Shown here in pieces: positions 24,577 to 37,898 of a DNA stretch of 64,000 nt. Every line of letters starts with the position of its first letter. Position 1 is the first letter of the stretch. The translations under genes and the position numbers were made by a program. This DNA comes from Squalus acanthias. Lineage: Eukaryota. The stretch covers positions 40,612,001 to 40,676,000 of the forward strand of contig CM059432.1 of assembly GCA_030390025.1 (NCBI GenBank). The letters run 5' to 3'. The notes beneath the pieces were generated by a model. The model saw only the letters and a list, made by a program, of their open reading frames with translations. It did not search any database and was not told the DNA's origin.

Positions 24577-27122
24577 ATATCCCTTTCAATTCTAATCCCA
24601 TGGCGGGCTGAATTTCAATTGATTCCATTGGGACTTTAAAGCATTTTCAACGTAATCGTGTGTTTCAAAGATAAGTGCAGACGGCAAAATGTAACCATGT
24701 TTGTTTATTCCGCTATTTCTCTGCACGATGTCACTAAACAACACAGTAGTTCCCTCTTAGGGCAATATTTGCTTAGCGGAGCGTGTGAAAATGCTAATAT
24801 TTAGTTGGTGATTAAAAACCAACAGGATGATTTAATCTGAAGTGTGTCTGTTCGCTTGCAGTATGTTTGTGAATTCAGCCGAGTGTTTGGAAATCTGTTG
24901 TGGATAGAGATGAAATAACAGCGGCAGAGTCAACAGAGAGGGGAAAGTGCATTCCTACATAACAGTAATGTAAAAAAAATCTATTTCAAGACCAGTCTTA
25001 CGAAACATTGATGAAGGCCAATCTGATAGGATTTTTTTTTGGAAAAATCGGAAATCGACAGCAGTTCTTTAAATTAGTGCAAAGTAAATCTGTTTATTTT
25101 TATTGTCAAAAGTCAACACAGACTCTCCATGCACATGTCCTGGGTGTTCAGTGTAAAAACACCACGCTTTCATTAGCACAGTCCCTGCTGTCCAGCCTCC
25201 CCAATAAAACTCGGATTAAGAAAGGCTCACATTCTGCTTTAATTAAGTGGAGATCTGTCTCTTTCTTCCTGGCCAGTTGACAATCTAAAGGTTATTGTTC
25301 CACAAATATACACAAGGGAATTGAATCAGTTCGCGTGTAATTATAAAATGATTTCATTAATTTCCCAAAGACACGCTGGGTCATCCTCGCACGATTTCTC
25401 ACCGGGTTCCGTCCCAACCCTGAACACACCCCATCACAGTGAATGGTGTTTTTGTTTTAAAAGCAAATAGGTTGACAGCAGCTCTTTATTCTTTTGCGCT
25501 ATTAAATACCAGCGTCGATCTAAACCAACAAGATCCTACTCCTGGCTATTGCAGCTCATTCTCCCGTAAAGTATAATAGACAGAGCGCAAACGGACAACT
25601 TGAGCCCGCATGTATCGCTGGGATCCTTGAACAGCGAAACACACCCACCGAGCCCCCTCCATTACAGCTTGAGTGTGTATACTGCAATTTCAAACAGATT
25701 GAAAATAAAATTGAACAACAAATACGTAAATACTGGAGCTGATGAGGTAACAGAGAGGGTTGATGAGGGCAATGTGGTGTACATGGACTTCCAAAAGGCG
25801 TTGGATAAAGTGCCACATAATAGGCTTGCCAGCAAAGTTAAAGCCCATGGAATAAAAGGGACAGTGGCAGCACAGATACGAAATTGGCTAAGTGACAGGA
25901 AACAGAGAGTAGTGGTGAATGGTTGTTCATCGGACTGCAGGAAGCTACACAGTGGTGTTCCCCAGGGGTCGGTACTAGGACCACTGCTTTTCTTGATATA
26001 TATTAATGACTTAGACTTGGGTGTACAGGGCATAATTTCAAAATTTGCAAATGACACAAAACTTGGAAGTATAGTGAACAGTGAGGAGGATAGTGATAGA
26101 CTTCAAGAAGACATAGACAGGCTGGTGGAATGGGCGGACACGTGGGAGATTAAATTTAATGCAGAAAAGTGCGAAGTGATACATTTTGGTAGGAAGAAAG
26201 AGGAGAGGTAATCTAAACTAAAGGGTACAATTCTAAAGCAGGTGCATGAACAAAGAGACCTGGGGGTATATGTGCACAAATCATTGAAGGTGGCAGGGCA
26301 GGTTAAGAAAGCGGTTAAAAAAGCATATGGGATCCTGGGCTTCATAAATAGAGGTCATGATGCGGAGATGCCGGTGTTGGACTGGGGTGGACAAAATTGA
26401 GAGGTCGCACATCACCAGGTTATAGTCCAACAGTTTTATTTGAAATCACAAGCTTTCGGAGCTATCGCTCCTTCCTCAGGTGAAGTAAATTGGATACAGA
26501 ATCGCCAGAGCATATATAGATGGAAAAAAAAGCATGTGTACTTTACAATTGCAGACCAATAAATTAAATCATCCTGACTATCTGCCGAGGTGTGATAAAG
26601 TTAATTAAGTCAGCCAGGAAGGTACCACATCAAAAGACATAGCAAGATACAACTGAGACAATGAGGTGAAGTCGCAGGGGTTCTAACGTGTCAAAAGCTG
26701 CCGTCTGTATGTAAAACGAAAAGCTTTAAAAAAAATTTACTTTTTTACTGGGAAAATTTTTACTTTTTTACTGGGAATCACATCTGTGAACAAGCTAACG
26801 ACGACTCGAGTCCGGATCACGTCATGTATCGTGACATAAACCCAAGATCCCGATTGAGACCGTCTTCATGAGTGCGGAACTTGGCTATCAGTTTCTGCTC
26901 GATGATTTTGCATTGTCGTGTGTTTCTAAGGTTGCCTTGGAGAACGCTTACCCGCAGATCCGAGGCTGAATGTCCTTGACTGCTGAAGTGTTCCCCGACT
27001 GGGAGGTAACAATCCTGCCTGGCGATTGTTGTGTCGTGTGTTTCTAAGGTTGCCTTGGAGAACGCTTACCCGCAGATCCGAGGCTGAATGTCCTTGACTG
27101 CTGAAGTGTTCCCCGACTGGCG

Positions 27123-27524
27123 ACATGCCAGATCATCAACACAGATACCACCATCACACGTGAGGACACTACCCACCAGGTACATGGTACATACTCATGT
27201 GACTCGGCCAACGTTGTCTACCTCATACGTTGCAGGAAAGAATGCACCGCGGCATGGTACATCGGCGAGACCATGCAGACACTGAGACAACGTATGAACG
27301 AGCACCGCGCAACAATCGCCAGGCAGGATTGTTACCTCCCAGTCGGGGAACACTTCAGCAGTCAAGGACATTCAGCCTCGGATCTGCGGGTAAGCGTTCT
27401 CCAAGGCAACCTTAGAAACACACGACAACGCAAAATCATCGAGCAGAAACTGATAGCCAAGTTCCGCACTCATGAAGACGGTCTCAATCGGGATCTTGGG
27501 TTTATGTCACGATACATGACGTGA
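27123..27524 (+). pseudogene. Uninterrupted GIY-YIG endonuclease domain of the PLE ORF (5' truncated, RT absent)
   Basis: Translates TCQII...YSCDSANVVYLIRCRKECTAAWYIGETMQTLRQRMNEH...EQKLIAKF...GLNRD. Confidence 0.9.
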
Positions 27525-27857
27525 TCCGGACTCGAGTCGTCGTTAGCTTGTTCACAGATGTGATTCCCAGTAAAAAAGTAAAAATTTTCCCAGTAAAAAA
27601 GTAAATTTTTTTTAAAGCTTTTCGTTTTACATACAGACGGCAGCTTTTGACACGTTAGAACCCCTGCGACTTCACCTCATTGTCTCAGTTGTATCTTGCT
27701 ATGTCTTTTGATGTGGTACCTTCCTGGCTGACTTAATTAACTTTATCACACCTCGGCAGATAGTCAGGATGATTTAATTTATTGGTCTGCAATTGTAAAG
27801 TACACATGCTTTTTTTTCCATCTATATATGCTCTGGCGATTCTGTATCCAATTTACT

Positions 27858-27895
27858 TCACCTGAGGAAGGAGCGATAGCTCCGAAAGCTTGTGA
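27858..27895 (+). ncRNA. Minimal type I hammerhead ribozyme motif (mirror copy 26446-26483 on minus)
   Basis: TCAC-CTGAGGA-A-GGAGC gata GCTCC-GAAA-GC-TT-GTGA. Confidence 0.82.
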
Positions 27896-28719
27896 TTTCA
27901 AATAAAACTGTTGGACTATAACCTGGTGTTGTGCGACCTCTCAATTTCATAAATAGAGGCATAGAGTACAAAAGCAAGGAAGTTATGATGAATCTTTATA
28001 AAACACTGGTTCGGCCTCAACTGGAGTATTGTGTCCAATTCTGGGCACCACACTTTAGGAAGAATGTGAAAGCCTTAGAGAGGGTGCAGAAAAGATTTAT
28101 GAGAATGGTCCAGGGATAAGGGACTTCAGTTATGTGGATAGACTGGAGAAGCTGGGGTTGTTCTCCTTAGAGCAGAGAAGGTTAAGAGGAGATTTGATAG
28201 AGGTGTTCAAAATCATGAGGGGTCTAGACAGAGTAGATAGAGAGAAACTGTTCCCATTGGCAGAAGGGTCAAGAACCAGAGGACACAGACTTAAGGTGAT
28301 TGGCAGAAGAACCAAAGGCGACATGAGGAAAAACTTTTTTATGCAGCGAGTGGTTAGGATCTGGAATGCACTGCCTGAAAGGGTGGTGGAGGCAGATTCA
28401 ATCATGGCTTTCAAAAGGGAATTGGTTAAGTACCTGAAGGAAAAAAAATTGCAAGGCTATGGAGAAAGAGCGGGCGAGTGGGACTAACTGAAGTGCTCTT
28501 GCAGAGAGCCAGCACTGGCTCGACAGGCCGAATGGCCTCCTTCTGTGCTGTAACCATTCTATGATTAATCAGATGGTATTTTCCCTTTAGTCCGAGTTGA
28601 ATTCCACAGATTGTCAAATTATTGGGCAAGTTATTAGTGGACCAAACCGCAACCCCTTCCTCACCCCATAGAAGAGTTCATGTGTTAGATGCTAAAATGA
28701 CTGTAGGTTAGCAGACTTT

Positions 28720-29590
28720 TGTGGGGATGTTCGCTGATGACTGCACAGTGTTCAGCACCATTCACAACTCCTTAGATAATGAAGCAGTCCATGCCCGCAT
28801 GCAACAAGACCTGGACGACGTTCAGTGCCAGGCAATGACTATCTCCAACAAGCGAGAGTCTAACCACCTCCCCTTGACATTCAATGGTATTACCATCGCT
28901 GAATCCCCCACCATCAATATCCTGGGGGTCACCATTGACCAGAAACTTAACTGGACCAGCCAAATAAATACTGTTACAACAAGAGCAGGTCAGAGGCTGG
29001 GTATTCTGCGGCGAGTGTCTCACCTCCTGACTCCCCAAAGCCTTTCCACCATCTACAAGGCACAAGTAAGGAGTGTGATGGAATACTCTCCACTTGCCAG
29101 GATGAGTGCAGCTCCAACAATACTCAAGAAGCTCGGCACCATCCAGGACAAAGCAGCCCGCTTGATTGGCATTCCATCTACCACCTTAAACATTCACTGT
29201 CTCCACCACCGGCGTACCGTGGCTGCAGTGTGTACCATCTACAAAATGCACAGCAGCAACTCGCCAAGGCTTCCTTCGGCAGCATCTCCCAAACCTGCGA
29301 CCTCTTCCACCTAGAAGGACAAGGGCAGCAGGCGTATGGGAACACCACCTCCTCCAAGTTCCCCTCCATTCACACACCATCCTGACTTAGAAGTATATCG
29401 CCGATCCTTCATCGTCGCTGGGTCAAAATCCTGGAACTCCCTCCCTAACAGCACTGTGGGAGTACCTTTACCACACGGACTGCAGCAGTTCAAGAAGGCA
29501 GCTCACCACCACCTTCTCGAGGGCAATTAGTGATGGGCAATAAATGCTGGCCTTGCCAGCGATGCCCACATCCCATAAATGAATTAAAAA
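28720..29590 (+). mobile_element. 5'-truncated copy of the tRNA-headed LINE family
   Basis: RT C-terminus nearly identical to ORF 8712-9539; same tail. Confidence 0.9.
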
Positions 29591-31169
29591 TAACTGTTAA
29601 GTGTTATACACCTGTAAGATCAGGTATGTGGCATTTTCAATGTGAGCAGTGTAAAAAAAATTAAGAGTCACCATAGCCTTTTGTTTACAAGGGGAAGGGG
29701 TTAAGACAAATTGGGAGAGGAAAGTGAACAGTTTAGATACTTCTTTACACAGAGGACAGTGAATATATAGAACAGACTGACCATGAAATAGTGGAGTTAG
29801 ACATTTTCAGTAAATTCAAGAGTAAATGCTTGGCAGAGAAATCGATTAAGGGGTATAAGAGATTAATACTTTTTAATGAATATACATTATAATTTAGTTC
29901 TAAACTTTCAAACCATTATGATTTAGCTTCCAAATCCATGGGGTCCTAAATAACAATGAAAGTCTACTTATTTTATTTTAAGTAAACAAAATGTACAACA
30001 AACCATATCCATCAGTTTAAAGCTGTTTAATCCAGTCATTCCAATGTTACCAATCTACCAGCAAGGGAAAGTATGTGTGTCTGGTTAGAACAAAAATAGC
30101 TGGATATAATGTGCCCATAATATAGTGAGCAAGAGTTCCTCTTCCTCCATTTTCATGAATATGCCTATAAAGTGAGTAGTAGGCATTACTATTGAAGATC
30201 ATTGAATAGAAAAGAATACAAGAAATACAAACCTTACTTCTTGTCGTCATGTTTTTGTCACACTTTTGTGTCATATTTATCCATTATAAATTCCTGTCCA
30301 CATTTATAATGGAAACTACCTATGTAAACTTGTCACACTGTAATTTTACCCTCCTACCAATGGTGGCACTTTAGCAACTGTTTGTATCTCCCAGCTCCAC
30401 AGCCACCGCAGGAGAGAATAATAATATAAAATCAAAGTATTATATAAAAATATGTACAAAACATAGGGTTTTAAAATGGAGATGGAATTATATATTATTC
30501 CCTACATTTTAACAGTGACGACAATTGTGTACAGAAGATCAACTAGCGTATGATTAAATAAAGGGTGCACAATAGGGATACAGAGTTCATTTCACAATGA
30601 AGTGCTGTTAACAAAACCAAGTGAATAGGGCAGCAGTGAATTAGAAAGATCTTTCTCAGTCGCATCAATTGTTCCCTTATGCGTATTCTGCTTATACACA
30701 GCTATAGGGATAGCTTTGTTTTAAGTGAGATAATTAAAGTAAGTTTATTTTTATTGAGTTTTAAGACCTTAATACTGTACATAGTGCTAGATCTATCCAT
30801 GTGGTGAATGGATGGTTTGACATTCCAATGAGACACCAAAGAAAGGCTTAAAGGCTGCCAAATCAGCAGCTTGTCAATGTAACAAAACATAAGGATTGCA
30901 GCATTGGTGCCATCTACTGCTGTGTAGAGTATTAAAAAATCCTTGGTGCTGATAATAATCTCCATTAATATGTCCAATTAAAATGATTCGTTACTTCAAT
31001 ACACAAAGTTGTTCTGGTATTAAATGTTACTAGAACAGCTGGTAAATATATTTACAATGTACAATAAAGACATAATAGTATAGTGTATCATTGGCACTCT
31101 CACCTTTTCTCCAAATCCAAAAATAGGTTCTGAAAATCAGGCATGGAAGTCAGAACACCATTTTTTCCA

Positions 31170-31556
31170 CTCAGGACATCCCAAAGCACTTTACAGCCAA
31201 TGTAGTACTTTTCTTGAAGTGTCGTCACTGTGGTATTGTAGGAAATGTGACAGCCAAGGAAGGTCCCACAAACAGCAATGTGATAATAACCAGATTATCT
31301 GTTTTTTAGTGATGTTGATTGAGTGATAAATATTGGCCAGCAAATTCCCTGCTCTTCTTCTTTTACGTCCACCTGAGATGGCAGACGGAGCCTCGGTTTA
31401 ACGTCTCACCCAAAATATGGCACCTCCAACAGTGCAGCACCCACAACAGTGCTGCACTGGAGTGTCAGTCTAGATTTTGTGCTCAAGTCACTGGAGTGAA
31501 CCCACAGCCTTCTGGCTCAGAGGCGACAGCGCTACCAACAGAGCCATGGCTGACTT
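31170..31556 (-). mobile_element. tRNA-derived SINE with L2-type 3' end
   Basis: Head GTCAGCCATGGCTCTGTTGGTAGC; 3' part GGCTGTAAAGTGCTTTGGGATGTCC shared with 16658-16768. Confidence 0.6.
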
Positions 31557-32919
31557 ACACTAAGGTATGATTCCGCTGGTGCCAAGCATCAACCAGTACT
31601 TCACTCAAAGTGACCATTCTTTATGTGAACCTTGATACTGACTGTCAGCAGGCTATTTGACACTGGAGGCAATGTATATATCTGAAGTCCACATATGCAA
31701 AAATTACAGGATAGTAATTAGGAGTGAGACTCCGAATTATTCTCCCCCACCCCTCTTCCTAGCTCAGTAATGCGGAGACCATTTGTAGCTCCCTCCATGG
31801 CTGCACAGACCAGGAAATGAAACTGGAACCTGCTGGTCTGTATGGTTCACTACCACAATGGCCAATGCCATTAACCACCAATCTCTAGAATAGACTCTAA
31901 TCAAAGAATCAGACTGTACATCTTGAGTTGATGCAATGTGGTTTTTGTATCACACTGAGACAAAAAGAGCAGTGAAACTGCAGCTTAGGTTTAATGAAGA
32001 GTGAGATTCGGATTTTTAGTAGTAGTACCATACCACCTGGAGGAGATGGTGTCTCACTGCTTCCTTCTTCACCCCAGTTGCAGTATAATTGCTACTCAAT
32101 GCATAGGTAAATTTTGAGGCTTTTCGGATGGGCTTTTGATCCACTTTAAATTTATTGTTAAAAAAAAGAGCAAATGGGATAGTCAGATCTTTTTTAACTT
32201 TAAAAAATGGTCACTACAGTTGCAGACTGATGAGCAGAGCTCTCCTTTGCCTGTTTAGAATGTGTGGCTCTCTGGTATCCACCACACTCTGGTATCCCTG
32301 GAAAATTGCCAGAATTCTCGATCCGCTATTATCTAAACATGTTACATTCTGTGCTCTGCCTCTTGCCTAACTCCAGGTGCAACTGACTATCTTCTAAATG
32401 GAGATTTGAATCCATTGAGCTGACAATGCCTTCACGACTAAATCACAAAATGTTTGTGGCTATTTAACACATTATTTCCTGCTCAGATCCTTCAGCCATC
32501 TAGGTCCCACTTTCTGGAATTCGCTCCCTCAATTTTTCCATCTCCCTTTTCTCCTTTGATCCCCTCCGTAAAACCCACCTGTTTGAGCAAGCTTGTGGCC
32601 ACCCCGCCCAATATCTTAAATAAAAACAAAAAATGCTGGAAATACTCAGCAGGTCAGGCAGCATCTGCGGAGAGAGAAACACCCAATATCTTCTTTGGCT
32701 GAAGGTCCATTTTTCTCGGGCCTCTGGCGAGGTGCCTAGGGACATTTGCTCATTAAATGTAAATTACCCTTGTTGGACTGGAATTGAGTTTTGCCAATAG
32801 TGAGGGAGGAATCGTTCTGTTCGCACGGTGATAAATGTCACATGTCTCTGGAGAGCGACACAATCTTCACGAAGATATCGGCCAATAGGTAAAGTAGGAG
32901 GATGCCGAGGGCCGCTTAC

Positions 32920-33925
32920 CTTTCTCACTGTTGACTTTGACCGTTATCTGGATGGCCGATTTGCCGCGAAGTCTCTTCGATAAATAAACTTTGCCGGAGT
33001 CCCTCTCTATCTGCACGGGGGCATCCGCCGGGGCGATCACTTCAAACCACCGTCCTTCAAACTCCCAGTCGGGGATTGTGTAAATGACATTTCCCACCTT
33101 GTCCTCCTCGGACACAGTCACCGAGTGAAACATCTGGTCCGGCACTGACCGAGCTGCTCTCCTGCCTTCAGGAAGTCCCAGAGCCCTGGGTTTTACGTTG
33201 ACCAGGACTGTCAGAGGGTCAGTGACCTGGGCGACCAGACCTTTATCCCGGCCATAAACTGACAGGTGGAGGGGCTCCATCCCCATCAGAGAGCCCACCA
33301 CCAGGATTTGGCCAGTCCGTGGAACCACGAACAGCTGAGGGACCTCCGGGAAGGGGCGATAGCTGATTTCAGCATTCCTCCCTTCATCGTGATCCGTGGC
33401 GGTCACTCGGGCGATCTCGGATCCCACAGCAATCATTTCGTCCACGTCCACCCTCGTCGCTTGCTCCGAACCGAACAGCGGTCTGTTGTCGTTCACATCG
33501 CGGACCCGAACTTTAACCAAAGCAGCGGTGCAGTTGGACCTGTCGGGGCAGCTGGGCGCCGAGAAGCAGCGGAGCGTCAGGACGTAGAGCGATCTCCCCT
33601 CCCGGTCCAAAGGTGCTGCGGTTCTCAGCAGGACGTTGCCCTCGCCGTGGTGATGGTAGAGCTGGAAAACCGAGCCTCCTCCGTCCCCGCCGAGCTCAAC
33701 CTGGAGCCTGGCCCCGGCAGGGTGCAGCGGGCAGACCCTGCGGCCAGGGAGGCTGACGCCGCTGACTTTGGTGCCAGGTGAAGAGCTTTCAGAGACGTGG
33801 CCGTAAAACACCGGTGTGGCGGCAGAGGAGCCGGAGTCCCGGAGAGCCAGAGAGAGCAGCCACAGAGAGTGAAAGAGGAACGAAGGGCCCCCGAGACAGT
33901 GGCGGCTCTCAGGGAGGAGCTGCAT
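32920..33925 (-). CDS. First coding exon of a large cadherin, probably DN-cadherin/type III ('neural-cadherin-like'): signal peptide, two cadherin repeats, RAAR site, further atypical repeat
   Basis: ATG at 33925; hydrophobic leader; LDRE, DVNDNRPLF and ATDHDEG calcium-binding motifs; G|GTAAG donor at 32920/32919 (phase 1). Confidence 0.85.
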
Positions 33926-33959
33926 GACCGGCACCCCAGAGGTTGCAAACTAAAGATGC

Positions 33960-34430
33960 AGAAATGACTTTAATTCTTATTAACGGATAAGAGCCTTGAG
34001 GCAGTAAATTCAAAAGTGTTATGTACCATAAAATAATTTCAAAACACTGAGGGCGACTGTTTTAAGAACAGCAGCAGCTCTTTCTGTCGTTTGTATCAAA
34101 GGCTTCGGACGCTCCTGTTTGCGCCTCCCGCTCCCTGGGCTGTAACCGAAGCAGAAGGTTTGGAGAAAGCCCACAGACTAGACCCGCTCCAACTTTCATT
34201 CAATCAGCGCCAACCCCACCCGGGCCGCGCCCATTCGCGCCTTCAACCAACCGGAGCGCCGCGGGGGCGGGACTACAGCGACATGGACCCCGCCCACTCG
34301 GAAAGCTCTCCAATCAGAGATCCGGTGAAGAGTGCACGGCCCCGCTTTTGGGCTTTGGCGAGGTGAAAGTAACATGGTCCGGGGTGACTGCTCCAGCCGG
34401 CCGCACGATTTCTGCTCCAGCCACGCGAAT
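33960..34430 (-). promoter_or_regulatory. CpG-island promoter region of the cadherin gene
   Basis: CpG-rich in an otherwise CpG-poor window; GC box GGGGGCGGGA at 34263-34272; CCAAT at 34310-34314. Confidence 0.65.
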
Positions 34431-34677
34431 ATACAGACTGTTGGGGTTTTGATCCCCATGTTGTTTTAAATCGCATTTGTAAAGCGTTTCAACAATAAAC
34501 TATGAAATATAATAAATATTTGTAAATTATATATAGACAAGCAAAAGTTGGAAACTATGTTCTTCATTATTTTATTTATAATTTAAAAACATCAACCTGT
34601 AGATAATCATAAGCGAAGATTACAGTTCCGCAATGCCACCGATTCTACTAAATGACTGTCGTGCCTACAATGGTCAC

Positions 34678-34767
34678 AAATGAGAAGTCGCACAACACCA
34701 GGTTATAGTCCAACAGTTTTATTTGAAATCAGAGCTTTCGGAGCGCTGCTCCTTCGTCAGGTAAAGT
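34678..34767 (-). mobile_element. 90-bp PLE mini-insertion (hammerhead plus pLTR end)
   Basis: Matches the arm terminus of the element at 19321; CTGACGA...GAAA core; flanked by CA(A/T)TGGTCAC direct repeat. Confidence 0.8.
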
Positions 34768-37187
34768 CATTGGTCACGGCATCGCTCGAGTCCAGTGGAA
34801 ATACTGAATGGCTATTACCTATTGAAATTGTATTGGGTAGATTATCTTCGTATCCATGAGAATTGGTCACTACAATACAGACAGACTATCGCTCATATTA
34901 ACTGGCCACTAATCTATTAAGAGTGCAGCTTCCATGGTCAGTAACTTTAAATGACTCTTTGTAATGGTCAGTAATGAACAGCAAACTGGCAGCACAGGAT
35001 TTTAGAGAGACAGACTGAGATATTTTGAGCTGTTTTGCCAGCAAGATGTTCAAACAGTTGGTAGATATCATGGTATCTGAGTCCTAGACTTTTTCTGAAG
35101 GTAATTTGCAAGTCTACAAGTAAAACCGAAACAATTTTCAGCGAATGCAATTTCATGTTTGGAACGCTCCAACTGTGTCTTTGTTGAAAAGTGCAACGCT
35201 GTGATTTAATTTGCAGCAAGAATAAACCTAATTACGTTTCGTGCGTTGCATGTAACCTTATTCTGACAAAATAATATTTTCTCCCCTCAGTGACCAAGAC
35301 CTCCATTCATGGGAAGGAAGGAAGAGGAGAGAAAAACATTATTTACCAATTTAGGTGGAAGAGGACATTATAACACGACCTGGTCTCCTTTCATTTAATT
35401 TAAACTCCGAGCTATCCTTCACAGGATCAAGTCTCACACAGATTTAATGTGCTCTGGCGGAAGCCGACAGAACAACCCCTCAAACCTACTACAAAAACAA
35501 TCAGAAGACCTGGCAAGGTCCCATTTTCATTTTTGAGAAAAAAAAGACAACATTTTTACCGTCAGCTGAACTAATCTCGAGTTACATGAGCTGTGATATT
35601 CTGTTTTTACACCGCATGCTATTTTGGTTATGGATGAAAAATAATAGCTGTTGCAAATCGTTTCTGTGAAGCGTCAAAATTGCACACGCAACAACCTCTC
35701 TACATAAGCAAAACTCAACCAACCTATCGAAATGCTGGAGGTTTGTAAGAACTTTACAGTCATGACAGTCTTACCGAAAGGTGCCCAGTTTTGCAAAACG
35801 CCGCATTAAAAGTAAAGACTTTTATGAAGGAATTTATTCCTCTACCTCCATCCCTCCATCATGTGTTTAAATTACGGATTGCAAAAAGCGCAAAAAATGA
35901 ACGCTTCACTACGGCAGTGAAGAAGTCTGTTAAATACACATCACAGATAAATTTGCAGCAAGTAAACCCGAACAATAATTATTTTCCGTTGAAGTAGATC
36001 ATGGATAAATAAATTAGAAGCCTGTAATCTAATTTAATAAACAGTAAAGCCTAATGATACTCAAACAACGAACATAATTGAAGTTCGCTTACGAAGTATC
36101 TAACGTTGATTATACACTGTTAATACGGATAAATCTTCCTCTTGCAACACAGCCAAATTGTTTGATATGCAAGTTTTTCAAATACCGTGATAGTGATACA
36201 AAGTGAAGAGCATTTCCACATGTTGAGGACTGGAGTTTGGAACGGAATGACCTGACAGGGTCTGTAGTATTCATAACTATTAAATAGATTACAGGAAAAA
36301 TATATATACACACTAGTCGCATGGTAAGTTGCAGCCAGAGGAAGGATGAAGGAACGGAGAAGGGTAAGGGAGGAACAATAGAGATGATGAGAGAGGAGAG
36401 GGGGAAGGAAGGGGAGGAGGAGGGCGAGCAGGGGCGAAAGGGGAGAGGAAGGGGAGGCAGAAGAGGGAAAATGAGGCCAGCTTACAGTATGGGCTAAAAA
36501 TTCGGGGGCTTTATGCCACCTGTTACCGCCAAAAAATCGCAAAAAGAGGGCAGCAGCCACTCTTTCACCAGCTGGTGGCGGATAGGATGGGATATGTTAG
36601 GGGGAATTAAATACGTGGGGTTACGGGGGTAGGGTGGGATATGTGTACTGTGGGGATTAAAGCAGGGACAGGGTACTGGACTTGGATGATCAGCCATGAT
36701 CGTATTGAATGGTGGAGCAGGCTCGACGGGCCGAATGGCCTACTCCTGCTCCTAGATTCTATGTTTCTATGTTTCTATCCCGCAGCACCCTCCATTTTCC
36801 TAGGCCCAGCAGCACTGCCAGTAAGATCCATCGCTCTGCAAAGTAAAATGAGGGAGCAGTGATGTCAGTCGGCGTACAATGCCAACTTAACGTCACCACG
36901 GCGAACTTAGATCTTTGCGCTCAGTTCAGCGCTTGGTCCTACACTCGCCATGTAAACCCAGCATGCAAGCAGACTCACAGAGGCACTGTCAGCACCTCTT
37001 AAATATCACACACACATCTTTCAGTTAAGTTTGCATTTAAGCTATTGGACTGGGCTTTTTTGATTTTACTGAAGTAGTGGCTTGCTGCAATAGATGTTAA
37101 AAGTTTTTTAAGTGTGTAGGGTGTGCTGCTGGATGCTTGCAAGGCCTCGGATGGTAAAGGAAGGCCTCTGAGCAGTCAGAAAAAGCC

Positions 37188-37318
37188 GCAAATACTCAGC
37201 AAGTTAGGCAACATCCGTGGAGAGAGAAAGAGAGTTCACATCTCAGGTCAAGATGCTGTCTGACCTGCTGAGTATTTCCAGCATTTTATGCTGTCACTTC
37301 AGATTTACAGCATCCGCT
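37188..37318. mobile_element. Small palindromic repeat, probably a second PLE-derived family (related fragments at ~32625-32680 and ~57410-57500)
   Basis: Arms AAATACTCAGCAAGTTAGGCAACATC and GATGCTGTCTGACCTGCTGAGTATTT plus a one-sided tail. Confidence 0.5.
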
Positions 37319-37898
37319 CGCAAAGGGAAAAGAAAGATGCTGAAGAGGAAGATGCCTTTTAACAATCGTACATTTGCAGATTTTACACTAGTAGATAGTA
37401 TTTAGTGTCATTGTCTAGTAAATATAGAGACCCCAAATCAAACCAAAAATTCCCTTCCCAACCTCAAAAAATGGGAAAAGTACTTCAGTACTAACACAAA
37501 TGGCTAAGCAAGCCAGGGAAGAGGCACCCAGGGTCTCGCATGCAGCACTCCAGCTTTGTGTGGGGTCAACACTGCAAGAGAGGTCCTCTACCCACTGGAC
37601 CAGGAGGCCCTCCAGAAAGAACAATGTGGGACCACACCACCAAGGCCGTCACTGCCAGCAGTGCCGCCCCCACCACCTGGCTCCATGCCCAGAGAAGCTT
37701 AATGACCTTAGACCACTGGACAAGGTCAGTGAATGCATCTTTAAAAGCCATCTCCTACTAACTGCAGCACTAGCCTCAGACAGTACTCAATGCAGGACTC
37801 CCCCTGCCTCTCCACCCCGATCACTTACCTACCAACAATCTGTACCAATCACGAGACACATCTCCCATTCCTAACCTTACCTCACCCCCTTGGAGGCA

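Larger units (their letters stand above)
26355..27945. mobile_element. Palindromic Penelope-like element (Neptune-like) inserted in a CR1 LINE
   Basis: Near-identical inverted arms; TSD TTCATAAATAGAGG at 26341-26354 and 27946-27959; internal 89-bp duplication. Confidence 0.92.
25738..28566 (+). mobile_element. CR1 LINE 3' part split by the PLE at 26355-27945
   Basis: RT motifs on both sides, continuous across the TSD. Confidence 0.9.

Noticed and set aside
32867..32919. ORF-track extension KRPSASSYFTYWPISS and GTG start at 33934
   Set aside because: Read-through past a consensus splice donor; the ATG at 33925 is the plausible start
33266..33948. Alternative and antisense ORFs over the cadherin exon
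   Set aside because: Expected shadow ORFs of GC-rich coding DNA
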